A stretch of 64,000 nt of DNA from Selaginella moellendorffii (taxonomy: Eukaryota > Plantae > Lycopodiophyta), in contig NW_003314299.1 of assembly GCF_000143415.4 (NCBI RefSeq), positions 1,672,166-1,736,165 of the forward strand, in the 5' to 3' direction. Both the position numbers and the translations under genes were made by a program. Numbering within the stretch: the stretch's first letter is position 1; each line of letters begins with the position of its first letter. Below are positions 13,271 through 26,778 of this stretch, piece after piece. The notes beneath the pieces were generated by a model that saw nothing but the letters and a program-made list of their open reading frames with translations, was not told where the DNA came from and ran no database searches.

Positions 13271-13739
13271 GCGTTGGAGGCAAAAAATAACAGTCTGAGA
13301 TGGCATGTATTTATTTAAACATGTAACTTATTATGGCATGGGGTTCCATGCCATTGTATTAATATTAAAAGACAATTCTTTGAGAGGATTTGCATTATAC
13401 TAGAAGTGTTACAGCATGTTATTGGAAGTCTACGAAGTTGTTTTATTAATAAGGGGAAAGTAAAGATTGAATGGGGACTTGGGCTCCACCTAGACTCGGA
13501 GCAACTGAGCCAATATTAAAAGGATGGAAAGAAATTGGACGACGATGACAAGGAGAAGAGAGAGGTGAAGCAGTGGCAGAGGGAGGAGAAGTGATTGAGT
13601 AGACATTTCCTTATTTAAAATAAAATGGCATGTGCCTCAATGCAGTTGAATTTTGTTATATTTATATACTATATAAAGGTTTGGAAACCTTATTTTACAA
13701 GTGGGATAATGACAATTCCCACTTTAACGAAATAGAGCT

Positions 13740-15275
13740 TTTCTCTTCCTTTCTTTCACTTTACTTTCGTGGCTACTTCTCTTACTTTCAGAGGATGTTT
13801 CTCCATTGGACAATGGCCCATGCCTTGGATTTCGTGCTCAGGCTGCATTGCCGTTTGTATGGAGGTTCCTCGCTTGGCTCGGTCTATGTTCCAGGTTCTT
13901 TGGCCCTTCCTTTATCATTACTACACCCCGCACATTTCCCCTCACTCATTCCATATCATCTACACTCACAGTTCCATCACCACTCACTCCTAGCAGCGTT
14001 GCCAGCACTTATCTCTAGATGCCCGTCTTGCATCTTTCACTCTTTCACCATCATTCACATCTCCGTTTGAGGTCACATTTACACCATACCACGGACACAC
14101 ATACGCACATCAGCAGCAACAGACACCACCTCATTTGGACGTGCCATTTCCGGGATGTCCTTATGACCATTTGCCGACGATGCACTAGCTTTTCTGGAGC
14201 AACTTTTTTCCAACCAGGTGAACCTGTTCACTCAAGGCACCTAGGTGGATCTTTAGGCGAGGCCACAGAAGCCGAAGCCACTTTCTTCTACTCCAGCACT
14301 CAGTGGACACATGCCACCTCTCTTTACCGGCAACCCAGCGACTATGCCATCCATTTCAGCTGCTGACTTCTTCAGTCCGACAAATCAGCCTGGCCACCTT
14401 CTCAGAGAGCCACCACCATCTCAGCGCTCCACCATATCACTCCACCATATCGGTGCTGGAGCTGGCGTAGGAGTAGGAGCGAGAGTAGGTGGTTACCAGT
14501 TACAGGTTACAGGTACCCGGCTACCGGCTACCGGTTACCGGCTACTCCGAGTGGTCAGTGCTTACCCTACGGGCCAATGGTTATCAATGGCTACCACTTC
14601 AGAGTGCCACCACTATCTCGGTGCTCCACCATATCACTCCATCTTTCATCATTTCCACACTTACCACCTTTGGGCAACACATCCCCTCTTCTACCTCTCT
14701 TTCTTTCTTGATTTCAGCCAATCCTTGGAGCATACCGGAAGTCATCAAGAGGTTGCATTTGCATATTACACTTTCCTGAGCCGAAATCCAGGTACGGGTT
14801 AAGTTCTTTGGGTACTCACGTTCTTTTTCCTCTATTTTCCTCCTCTTTTCACACTTTTTCTACACTTTTCTTCAACTTCAGGGTCCAGTTTGACTACAGG
14901 GTTTCCCACCGGGTTTTCTCCCTGTCTCCAAACTTCTCATCTACCTTTTTTTTCTTTTCCACTTTGTTTTCTAGAGTTTCTACTATTTCACGCAGTTACC
15001 AGCACTTGGCATCAGTAGCAAACGTACACTCTACACTCTTCGGAGGGTTCTCGCGCGTCTGGAGCCAGTGCGATCCACCGTGGTCGCATGTTACGGCGTG
15101 GCCACCGAGAGAGTGAGAGAGAGAGAGGGAATATTCTGGTCCTCAGAATATTCCCCATCTTCCTTGTATAAAACCCTTGCCTCACAAGGGCGAGGGGGGG
15201 CATTTTGTGGAGAGCAGTGAAGCATTTCTCGTGTTTGAGCGAGCGTTGGGGGAAGCGCCCCTCCTTCCCCCAACA
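13740..15275 (+). repeat. LTR-like fragment ending CCCCCAACA, with two terminal hairpins
   Basis: TATA-like TTGTATAAAA at ~15164. Ends CCCCCAACA directly against family A internal sequence. Its 5' end was not identified. Confidence 0.4.
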
Positions 15276-18200
15276 ACACTTGTGAAAATAGTCCTTTTGA
15301 GTAGGATAGGAATGCAAGAAGTGTATTTCAGTGAGCTAGTGCCTCACAAGTAGGACTTTACAGGTCTGTGGATTAACCAAGTCCAAAACTGCTGGATGAC
15401 TCAAGTAGAGTCAAGGGATAGTCCTAAGAGGATTGATGGAAGCATTTGGACTGAGGTGTGTTGTACCCCACAAAGGATGGGGGGGATCATAGGATCCAAG
15501 GATGAGAACAGAGGGTATCTCATCGATGGCAAAATGTGCCATGCTAAAGTCGTAGGAAAGGTGTTCCCAAAAAGAAAACAACTTTGACACAAAGTTGTGT
15601 GTGACCTCTATGGTGCAGTGCTAACAGATGGTTGGCATGAGAAAGAGCGGTATTGGTCTTGGCAAAGACTTAGACACAAAGAAGAAGTATTATAGAGGTA
15701 GGCTCGTGAAGCCGATGGTGTGGAGACACCAAATGTGCCAAGGTGTGATACCTTGAGGCTATGTTGGTGGGTTCATGAGAACCCCTTGCCAAAGGAATCC
15801 CAATAGAAATGGGAATGGCATAACCTAAGCTGCAGAGCATGCAGTTGGAGTGTGGTGACCTAGATAATGATGGAGGTGTGGAAGCACCAGCAATGAGTTG
15901 TAGGACTTGACAACTACGAGGCAACTAAACAAGAGGTGCAAAATAATTGGTTAAACGGGTAGAAGGTAGCTACCCAAGCCTTCTTAATGGCATAGGGAAG
16001 TTGGATATACCCTTACAGGGGATAAATTGCTTATATTGCGATATAGTAAGTCAATGTCATAAAAGGAAATACTCATTGTCAAGAAAGCCGTCATTGGGAC
16101 ACCCGAACACTCTAGAACACCAGGAGGTGGTGTTTGATGTCGCGAGGGCAGTAGATAAGGCCCAAGGGACTAAGTCCCTAGCGAATGATGGATAGTAGGT
16201 GCTATCCAAATGTCCAAGGTGGCGGAGACAGGAGAAGACTGTCTACTCGAATTGGACAAAGCCAAAAATGGAATTTTGGCAAGGCTAGCAATGGGCATGC
16301 AAAGGCCCGTAAGCAACAACGTAATCCCGGTGTGTGGGATTATAGGGTGAGCATACCTGGATTGAGGAACCACTCCCTAAGCTATCGGGTAGGTTCATCC
16401 CTAAGAATACTTGCTAAGGCATGATAGAAAGTGCAAAGCTATCCTCCTAGTCTTGAGGAGAATGACCGAAGGAAAGGTGTGAAGCCAAAAGCAAGAAGGG
16501 GATAGAACCGAACCATAGGAATCGAAGGGCATAACCAAGGTTGGTTATGCCAGTTGGGAGTGGAGAATCAAGTGGGGGCTCGAGGGTGCTGCCGCTAGCA
16601 ACCGTGATGCCATGGAGAGTCTAAAATATGGAATTGTCCATATTAGATTATGTGGCAATTGGAAAGCTTGCAAAAAGGGAGGCCTTAGCAAGCTAAGGGA
16701 CAAAGTTCCTTCAAGGTTCCCAAAGACGATTTTAGGTAGCTTAGTACCTAGAAAGGCCAAGTGTAAATGGTTCATAGAACGCGTGAAATCAGAGTGGCAC
16801 AGCAGAAGCGTGGTCTTGAAGCTTGCCATGAGGCAAGGCTATCAAGGTTAGGGAAGTAGTTCCCGAATGTTCAAAGAGAAGGCTTTGAACGAAAGTCGAT
16901 GGTCAAGGACTTTCACGCTTGTGCAAGAACCATGTTACAGTGGTCGGAGGACTTGCCAAAGCGAGATTGGCAAGTCAGGGGAACAAATACCCTAGTTGAA
17001 GGTGATAACTTCAAAAACGGTGGGCCATGGGGCCAAGCATGGAGGAGTCCATGCATGATCACAGGCTTGTCAAGTGAGAGGACTTGGCAGTGGGGAGGAA
17101 CTAAGTTCCTAAGCTGTGATCTATAGTGCGCTTTGAGTATAAGTTGGTGCACCGGCGTGGGGAGTCACGCCAAGGTGATGCCATCCGTAGATGCATATAC
17201 GGAGGTTGGGTTCGAGTCCCGACCCTCTAGTGCTTGGGTTCGAGTCCTAACTCACTAGGGCGTGGTGATGGTTTGGAATATGAGGACACTCATTTTTCGG
17301 TGGTCATGGACTCTCAGTGTTGAGACTAGCTTGGGCACACTGCCAAGCGAGGGATGCCTCGGAGTCGTGATGCACAGTTAGATTGCTTAGTGTGGCTTAG
17401 CATATCTAACTTGAACACTTTAGTGCCAGTGGCACCAAGGACGTGGTGAATGAGATGGGGACACCCAGTCTCAGTTGCTATGGACCCTTGGCCAGAAGGG
17501 CTGGCTTGGGCGCACCGCCAAGTGTGGGGGATGCCCTCAGGGTTGTAGTTAACAAGTTAAAGGTCTGGAAGACCTAGTACCTATTGGCAAACCTGTTAAG
17601 GTGCCGAGGTAAGATCACTAGGTGATCTTGTGGCTAAATAAGGACAAGGTCCTTGTTTGGGCTAAGGAATAAGGTTCTTAGTTCAAAGTGTTGATTTGAA
17701 CTATTGATGATGGTGTGGCTTGGTCAAGGTGACCAAGTGGGAAAAGCACCTTAGGGAAATGAGCTATGTCATTGCGATGGCATAGTGTGTCCAAGAAAAA
17801 TACTCTCTAAAGAGACCCATGGGAGGGTCACAAAGTTGAGCCGTGGATAAAGCCCACAGCAAAAGATGCTAAAGAGACTTACTAGGGGTGAACACCCTAG
17901 TCTTGGCAAAGTAGAGCCTTTGCTATGGAATCAAAAGAATACCTCAAGGAGGGAAGTAGAGATTCGGTGTTGCTTGGTGCAACAATCAACGGATAGGAGC
18001 AAAAGATGAGTGGCTAAGGTAGGGCCATGGAATCCCTTGGAAGGAATCCAAGTGGCAAAGTTAGGCGAGGAACACTAATGTGTTGGATGCTAACAAATTG
18101 CGGGAAAGGAAGTGTTTTTCCAAGGATGGATTCCGAATTGCTTCAATTTGGCGAAAGGGGAAGCTCCAAGGGAGGGAGCGGTAAGGTAGCCAAATGATAG

Positions 18201-20664
18201 GGCCATGAACAGCCCTAGCACAAAGTATGATAACTGGAACTTAGTGCCCTAGAGTGGCACGAAATAGAAGAGAGGATGATGGTGCCCTCGAGTAGAGAAC
18301 TTCCTAGGATGGGAAGTGGAGTTGCACAAAAGGTGCAAGGCAAGGTGTCGAAGACACCTAGGAAATTGACTCCAAGAAGTCAAAATTCAAAGTTCCAAAG
18401 TGCAAAGGTTATATCGATGGGAAATTGAGACTACTCGAGAAGGAATAGTGGGATTGACTTAGAGAAGGGTCTCTAAGAGGTTTAGTGAGAACTAAACTAA
18501 CAAAAGGAGAGAACCACTACATGTGGTCTAATTAGTCTCTAAGTTGGAGAGACTACCCTCCTTAGAGGATGGGTGAGGCATAATGAGCCTTTGGTGTCAA
18601 ACCATTGACGAATATGGAGAAGGCATGGTGAGCCTTCAATGTCAAACTATTGACAAATATTGGCTAGGTGCCAAGGATGGAAATTGTAACACATGCGGGT
18701 GTTACTTTATAAAATAGTTTATCGTTCGATGAGGACATCGAACTTCATCTATGGGTGGTGGAGTTGTGAGACACAAAATCCCTAGGCCCCAAAGTGGAGC
18801 CGGAAAGGGTGCCACGTGGTAGTGGCCGAAGCGAAAGCCAAACGAGTATAACACATTTGGACTAAAAGCTCCGACTTGGAAGGTCGAGAGCGGGAGTGGA
18901 ACTCCCAACAAAGTGCTCGAGGAGCAAGCACGAGGCAACCAATAAGCAAGGCTCCAAAAAGGGACCCAAAAAGGACCAACACATGACACGTGGAAGTGTC
19001 CAAGATGGAGTTCGAGGCAGACCCGAGTTGGAGTTCGAGATGGACCTGAAGTGGAGTCCGAGATGGACCCGAAGTGGAGTCCGATATGGAGTCCGAGATG
19101 GAGTCCGAGATGGACCCGAAGTGGAGTCCGAAATGGACTCGAAGTGGAGTCTGATATGGAGTTTGAGATGGACCTGAAGTGGAGTCCGATATGGAGTCCG
19201 AGATGGAGTCCGAGATGGACCCGAAGTGGAGTCCGATATGGAGTTCGAGATGGAGTCCGAGATGGAGTCCGAGATGGAGTCCGAGATGGAGTCCGCTATG
19301 GAGTCCGATATGGAGTCCGAGATGGAGTCCGAGATGGACCTGAGATGGAGTCCGAGACGGATTCCGAGATGGACCCGAGATGGAGTCCGAGATGGACCCA
19401 AGATGGAGTCCGAGATGGACCCGAGATGGAGTCCGAGATGGACCTGAGATGGACCTGAGATGGAGTCCGAGATGGACCCGAGATGGAGTCCGAGATGGAG
19501 TCCGAGATGGAACCGAGACCGAGGCCGAGACCGAGGCCGAGACCGAGACCGAGACCGAGTCCGAGTCCAAAACCGGGACCGAGACCGAGTCCGAGTTCGA
19601 GCCCGAGTTCGAGCCCAAATCCGAGTCCGAATACTAATACAGGCAGTTGGGTGAAAGCCCAAAGCGATCGTCCCCTAGGGGGGGGGGGGGGGGGGAGGCT
19701 GCGGGGGGTCCCAAAAGTATAGTAGGGAGAGTGTGGGGGTTGGAGCCCCCAGGGAGCCAATTTGGCCAGGAAAGGCCAGTTTGGCCCAGGAAGGCCAGAC
19801 CCAGTGTTGGGTGATGAGCTGACCACTGGGAAGTCCAAGACTAGAGTGAACACAAACCGACAAGCGGGGTAGCTTGGTGAAGTGTTCAAGAGCCGGCTCT
19901 AGTTCCCCCGGGAGATCGACTGGCCGATGCTCCCAGTCCAAGTGTGGGTGGCACTACATACTTGGATACCAGGCGTGGCTCAACGGAACCTCGCTCTAAG
20001 CCCATGGCTAGAGCACCCAAGGGCGGAAGGCGGGGAGAGTACCTAGGTGGCTCGCGTAAGGCCACGGTGTTCCGAAATATTGTCCCAAAGGCCTAGACTG
20101 TGGAAAGGAAGAGGAGCAGCCCTCTGGGGTAGTAACCAAGGACACAGTCGTGCGGTGAGGAAGTCCCAGAGGACCGTGGGACTTAGTGGTCGGGCCTGTG
20201 AGCCTCGATCCTGTGGCAGTGTTGGCAAACACGGCCAAGGGTGGAAAGGGACTCAGTGGGGACTGACAGAGGGATATTGGGGAAGGCTATTCCCCTTGTC
20301 GGTGGGCATCCTAAGGATGCTAAGGAGTGGATTTGAGATGACCTCTCATGGATGGTTTGCCTAGTCTTGGAGAGCCAAGACTATGATACAAGTGGTATTG
20401 GACTACCAGTGTGGCAAAGGTGATTGGGCATGGCCTTAGCGTAACAGGCTGCCATGTTGGTGGTACTTTTGAGTGTCAGTCATGGGATCGGACACGTGGA
20501 GCAATTGTACCAAGTGCAAATGTTGAGTGGCATGGATGCCATTCTCGGGGCTAGCAAGTCCCAAGTCCTGAAATGGACTTATGGAGGTTGTGATTGAGAC
20601 TCCTCCAAGTGGTTGAAGGTGTGGTTAAGTGACTAAAGTAGAATGGAAAATTTAGTCGCTCACA
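15275..20664 (+). mobile_element. LTR retrotransposon family A, copy 2 (5'-truncated internal region plus 3' LTR 18765-20664)
   Basis: Colinear with copy 1 from AACACTTGTGAAAATAG onward. LTR runs TGTGAG...CTCACA. Confidence 0.88.
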
Positions 20665-23600
20665 TGAATCTAGACACTTTCCATAAATAGCATTTGGGAC
20701 CAAAATAAGACTAACACAAAGGGCATGATAGTGAGGGTGTTTGGCAGACATGGTAAACTATCATGTAGCTGTGAGACACAAAATCCCTAGGCCCTAAAGT
20801 GGAGCCAAAAGGATGCCACATGGTAGTGGCCAAAGCGGAAGCCAAACGAGCGTAATACGTTTGGACTAAAAGCTCTGATTTGAAAAGGTCGAGAGTGGGA
20901 GTGGAACTCCCAAAGAAGTGCTCGAGGAACAAGCATGAGGCGAGCCATGAGTGAGTCTCTAGAAAAGGGGACACAAGAGGACCAAAACATGACACATGGA
21001 AGTGTCCGAGAAGGAGTCCGAGATGGACCCAAGATAGAGTCCGAGATGGAGTCTGAGATGAAGTCCGAGATGGAGTCCAAGATGGACCCGAGATAGACCC
21101 GAGATTGAGTCCAAAACAGACCCAAGATAGAGTCCGAAATGGAGTCCGAGATGGAGTTCGAGATGGAGTCCGAGGTGGAGTCCAAAGTGGACCCGAGATT
21201 GAGTCCGAGACAGACCTGAGATGGACCTGAGATGGACCTGAGATGGGGATCTTGGGAACAGTATGAGGGTTTTTTCAAAGGGTTGAGGATGTGATCCAGA
21301 TGAGCATTTGATGCAGCAAACGGGCTAATGTAGTTGTGATAAACAACTATAGTTGGGATCACGGGAAAGATAAAGACTCCAAAACAATAAAGGAGTCATA
21401 CGATTACCCTCATATAGTTGAGGCTAGTGCTCATAAATTCGAGACCGAAATTGATGATCATGGGAGGTTAAATACGGAAGAGGACACAAGTCCTTGAAAT
21501 GGTAGCCGGGGCTACCTCTAATAAATGCTAGAACAACCCACGGGGTTGGGGGTGTACTTAGAGGATGAGTTGGTATTCTTATCACATAGACAAGTGGTCC
21601 TAAGGGGCAAAAGGTTGCCCCAAAATCAAGTGTCGAAGTAACACTTGCATAGATGATCCTTGTGAGTAGGACATGAATACAAGAAGTTGTATTCTAGTGA
21701 GCTGGCACCTCAAAAAGTAGGACCTCACAGGTCGTCGGATTAACAAAGTCCAAAAAGCTAGATGACTCAAATAGAGTCAAAGGAATAATCCTAAGGGATT
21801 GATGGAAGCATTTGGACTAAGGTGTGTTGTACCCCACGAAGGATGGGGGGATCATGGGATCTAAGTATGAGAATAGTGGGTATCTCATCGATGGCAGAAT
21901 ATGCCATACTAAAGTCATAGAAAAGATGTTCCCCAAAAGAAAACAACTTTGACACAAAGTTGTGCGTAAACTCTATGGTGCAGTGCTAATAGATAGTTGG
22001 CGTAAGAGACATCCATATTGGTCTTGGCAAAGATTTAGACATAAATAAGAAGTGTCATAAAGGTAGACTCATAGAGCCGATGGTGTGGAAACACCGAATG
22101 TGCCAAGGTGTGTTGCCTTGAAATCAAATTGGCGGGTTCATGAAAACCCCTTCCAAAGGAATCCCAATGGAAATAGAAGTGGCATAGCCTAAGCTGGAAG
22201 GCATGCGATTAAAGTGTGGTGACCCAAATAATGATGGAGGTGTGGAAGCACTAGCAATGAGTTATAGGACTTGACAACTATGAGGCAACTAAGCAAAAGG
22301 TGCAAATAATTGGTTAAACTGGTAAAAGGTAACTACCTAAGACTTTTATTGGGTTAAGAAAGTTAAATATATCCTTATGAGGGATAAATTGTTTATATTG
22401 TGATATAATAAGTCAATGTCGTAAAGGGAATGTTCATTGTTAAAGAGGCCATCATTGGGACACCCAAACACTCTAGAACACCAGGAGGTGGTGTTTGGTG
22501 TCATGAGGGCAAAAAATAAGGCCCAAGGGACAAAGTCCCTAGCGACTGATGGAAAGGAAGTGGTATCCAAACGTCCAAGGTTGCAGAGATGGGAAAAGAC
22601 TGTTTACCCGAATTGGACAAAGACAAAATAGAATTTTGGCAAGGCTAGTGATAGACATATAAAAGCCCATAAGTAGTAACATTAATCCTGGTGTGTGGGA
22701 TTATAAGTTGAGCATACTCGGATTGAGGAACCACTCCCTAAGCTATCGAGTAAGTTTATCCCTAAGAATACTTGCTATGGCATAGTAGAAAGTGCAAAGC
22801 TATCCTTCTAAGCTGAAGGAGAATAACTGAAGGAAAGGTGTGAGGCCAAAAACAAGTAATAAAGGGATAGAACTGAACCATAGGAATTTACAGGCATAAC
22901 CAAGGGTGGTTATGCAAGTTGGGAGTGGAGAATCAAATGGGTGCTCGAGCATGTTGTCACTAGCAACCGTGATGCGATGGAGGGTTTAAAGCATGGAATT
23001 GTCCATGTTAGACCATATGGCAATTAAAAAACTTGTGAAAAAAGAGGCATTAGCAAGCTAAGGAACAGAGTTTCTTGAAGGTTCCCAAAGATAATTCTAG
23101 ATAGATAAGTACCTAGAAAGCCAAATGTAAATAGTTCATAAAGTGTGCGAAATCAGAGTGGTGTAGCAGAAGCGTAGTCTTGAAGCTTACCATGAGGTGA
23201 GGCTATCAAAGTTAGGGAAGTAGTTCCCAAGTGATCAAAAAGAAGGCTTTGAACGAAAGTTAATGGTTGAAGACTTCACGCTTATGCATGAACTATGTTA
23301 CGGTGGCCAAATGACTTGCTAAGTGAGATTGGCAAGTTGGGGGAACAAATACCCTAGTTGAAAGTGTTAACTTAAAAAAGGGTGGCCCATAGGGCCAAGC
23401 ATGGACGAGTCCATGCATGTTCACAGACTTGTTAAGTGAGAGGACTTGGTAATGCAGAGGAACTAAGTTCTTAAGCTGTGATTTGTAGGGTGCTTTAAGT
23501 ATAAGTTGGTGCATTGCCAAGTGTGGGGGATGCCCCCGGGGTCATAGTGAACAACTTAAAGGTCTAGAAGAGCAAGTACATCTTGGCAACTCTATTAAAG

Positions 23601-26364
23601 TGCTAAGGTGAGGTCACTAGGTGATCTTATGGCTAAATAAGAATAAGGTCCTTGGTTGGCTAAGGAATGAAGTTCCTAATTCAAAGTGTTGATTTGAATT
23701 ATTTATGATGGTGTGGTTTGGTCAAAATGACCAAGTGGGAAGAGCATCTAAGGGAAATAAGCTATGTCCATACAATGGTCTAAGGAAAATAGTCTCTATA
23801 AAAGACCCATGGGAGGGTCACTAAATTAGGTTATGAATGAAGCCATAGCAGAAAATGATAAAGAGACATACTAGGGGTAAACACTTTTTGGACTTGGCAA
23901 GCAAAGTCTTTGCTATAAAAACGAAAGGATACCTCGAGAATGGAGGTAGCAATCCTAGGTTGTTGGGTGCAACTATCAAAGGATAGGAGCAAAAGACTAA
24001 TGGCTAAGAAAAGAGATATAGAAACCATGGGAAAGAATCCAAAAGGCAAGTTAGGCTAAGAACACTAATGTGTTGAGGGCTAACGAATTGTGGGAAGGGC
24101 AAGGTGTTTCCAAAGATGGATTCCCAATTGCTCCGATTGGCGAAAGCGGAAGCTCTAAGGGAGAGAGCGGTAAAGTAACCAAATGATAAGGCCATGGACA
24201 ACCCTAGTACAAATTATGATAACTGGAACTTAGTGCCCATTAAGGCATGAAATAGAAGAAAGGATGATGGTGCCCTCAAGTAGAGAACTTTCTAGGGTGG
24301 GGAAGTAGAGTTGCACAATATATGCAATGCAAGGTGTCAAAGACACCTAGGAAATTAACTTCAAGATGTCAAAAGTAAAAGTTCCAAAGTGTAAAGGTTA
24401 TATCAATGGAAACTAAGACTATTCGAAAAGGAGTAGTGAGATTGAGATAGAGATGGTGTTTCTAACAGGTTTAACGATAACTAAACCAATAAAAGGAGAG
24501 AACCACCACAAGTGGTCCAATCAGTCTCTAAGTTGGAGAGACTATCCTCCTTAGAGGATGGGCAAGGCATGGGGAGCCTTTGGTATCAAACCATTGACGA
24601 ATATTGGTAAAGTGCCAAGAATGGAAAGGGTAATACATGTTAGTATAACTTTATAAAATAGTTTATCGTTCGATGAGGACATCGAACTTCGTCTATAGGT
24701 GGTGAAGTTGTGAGACACAAAATCCCTAAGCCCCAAAGTGGAGCCGAAAGGGTGCCATATAGTAGTGGCTGAAGCGAAAGCCAAACAAGCATAACACGTT
24801 TGGACTAAAAACTCTGACTTGAAAAGGTCGAGAGTGGGAGTGGAACTCCTAAAGAAGTGCTCGAGGAACAAGCACGAGGCGAGCCATGAGTGAGTCTCTA
24901 GAAAAAGGGACACAAGAGGACCAAACCATGACATGTGGAAGTGTCCGAGAAAGAGTCCGAGATAGAGTCCGAGGTGGAGTCTGAGATGGAGTCCGAGATG
25001 GACCCGAGATGGACCCAAGATTGAGTCCGAGACGGACCCGAGATGGAGTCCAAAATGGAGTCCGAGATGGAGTCTGAGATGGAGTCTGAGGTGGACCCGA
25101 GATGGACCCAAGATGGACCTGAGATTGAGTCCGAGACGGACCCGAGATGGAGTCCGAGATGGACCCGAGATGGACCTGAGATGGAGTCCAAGATGGAGTC
25201 TGAGATGGACTTGAGATGGAGTCTGAGGTGGAGTCCGAGATGGACCCAAGATGGAGTCCAAAGTCGAGATTGAGACCGAGACCGAGACCGAGACTGAGAC
25301 CGGGACCGAGACCGGGACCGAGACCGGGACCGAGACCAGGACCGAGACCAAGACTAAGACTGAGACCAAGGCTGAGGCCGAGACCGAGCCCAAGCCCAAG
25401 TCCGAGTCTGAGTCCAAGTCTGAGTCTGAGTCCGAGTCCAAGTTTGAGTTCAAGTATGAGAGGGTGAAAGCCCAAAGCGTTCATCTCCCATACTCTGGGG
25501 GGTTTGGTGAGCTCCAAAAGTATAGTAAGGGAGGACTGTAGACAATCATAGTGAGGAAGTCCTAGAGGACAGCGGGACTTAGTGGTCGGGCCTATGGGCC
25601 TTGATCCAGTGGCAGTGTTGGCAAACACAGCCATGGACAAAAAGGGACTTGGTGGGGACTGGAAAAGGGGCATTGGGGAAGGTTAATCCTTATGTCTATG
25701 GGCATCCTAAGGATGCTAAGGAGTGGATCTAGGATGACCACTCATGGATGGATGGCTTGGTCCTTGAGAGACGGGACTGTGATGCAGGTGGTGTTAGACC
25801 ACTGGTGTGACCAAAGTGAAGGGGCATGGCCTTAGCGTAACAGGCTGATATATCTATGGTACCTTGGGGAGTCGGTCATGGGATCAGACACGTGGAGCAC
25901 TTGGACCAAGTGCAATGGTTGAGTGGCATAGATGCCATTCTTAAGGCTAGCAAGCCCCTAAGTCCAGAATAGGACTTATGGAGGTTGTGAGTGAGACTCC
26001 TCCAAGTGGTCGGAGGTGTAGTTAAGTGACTAAAGTAAAAAGGAAAATTTAATCGCTTACAGTAGCGATATTGAGGGACTAGTCTCAATACGTGAGGGTT
26101 CTTGTCACTAGCAAGTGCAAAACAAAACGAGACGGGAACTCCTTACTGGGCTAAATATGCTTAACTAATAGCATGTAAGAATTCTGTCCTTATGCTCGTT
26201 TGGTCTAAGTGCACTCGAAATGCCCAGTTAACTCCACTAGTGCAAGAGGGGCTACCAAAGGGATCCAACTGTACTAACCTCCTGCCGTTATGGCAGTAAG
26301 GAAAGAGTGTCTATCAGGACTAGCCGACAAATATCTTTCGATACCTGAAGTCACATTTGCAACA
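20665..26364 (-). repeat. Family B-related LTR remnant, split into 20665-20769 and 26062-26364 by family A copy 3
   Basis: Both pieces match contiguous parts of the family B LTR (~54375-54774). Confidence 0.85.
20770..26061 (+). mobile_element. LTR retrotransposon family A, copy 3 (5' LTR partly deleted, 3' LTR 24709-26061), TSD GTAGC
   Basis: GTAGC at 20765-20769 and 26062-26066 flanks the TG...CA ends. Confidence 0.92.
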
Positions 26365-26745
26365 TTATATCTCAAGCTAATTACATATATCTAGCCTATA
26401 AATACCAAATAGACTTCTTCTCTATGCAATGCAACTTTACAAGTATGGTTTTAGAGGGGCTGCTTCTAAGTATATATGGTAGTATAGTATTGCTCTCCCA
26501 ATCTAATAATTTTTTAAAAATAGAAATAATTTATTATAATTTATTTTAAATTCTTTATAATTGTAAGAATCTAAGCTATAACAACTATAAATAAGATTAT
26601 GGCTAATCCATTAGGAGTTTATAGTTGGCTGATTTTTATGCCATGTATTTAGGTTCTATGCCTATCATGGTTGTGAAGAACTATATTATATAAATTGGTG
26701 GTATTTTTATTATCTTCTTAAGAGGTGGATGGTATAAATCTATAA

Positions 26746-26754
<9 letters not shown>

Positions 26755-26778
<24 letters not shown>
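26755..26778. repeat. (CA)n microsatellite
   Basis: Directly visible. Confidence 0.9.

Larger units (their letters stand above)
5119..13740. mobile_element. Probable right part of a large cargo-carrying element (left end outside window, interrupted by family A copy 1)
   Basis: Segment defined by the dispersed ATGGCRTG-N6-CAYGCCAT palindrome (5137 to ~13645) and the ParB-like gene. No transposase or TSD is visible in the window, so the boundaries are inferred. Confidence 0.45.

Noticed and set aside
5137-13645. Palindrome series as a CRISPR array
   Set aside because: Spacing is irregular (60 bp to over 1 kb) and the copies are embedded in introns and exons.
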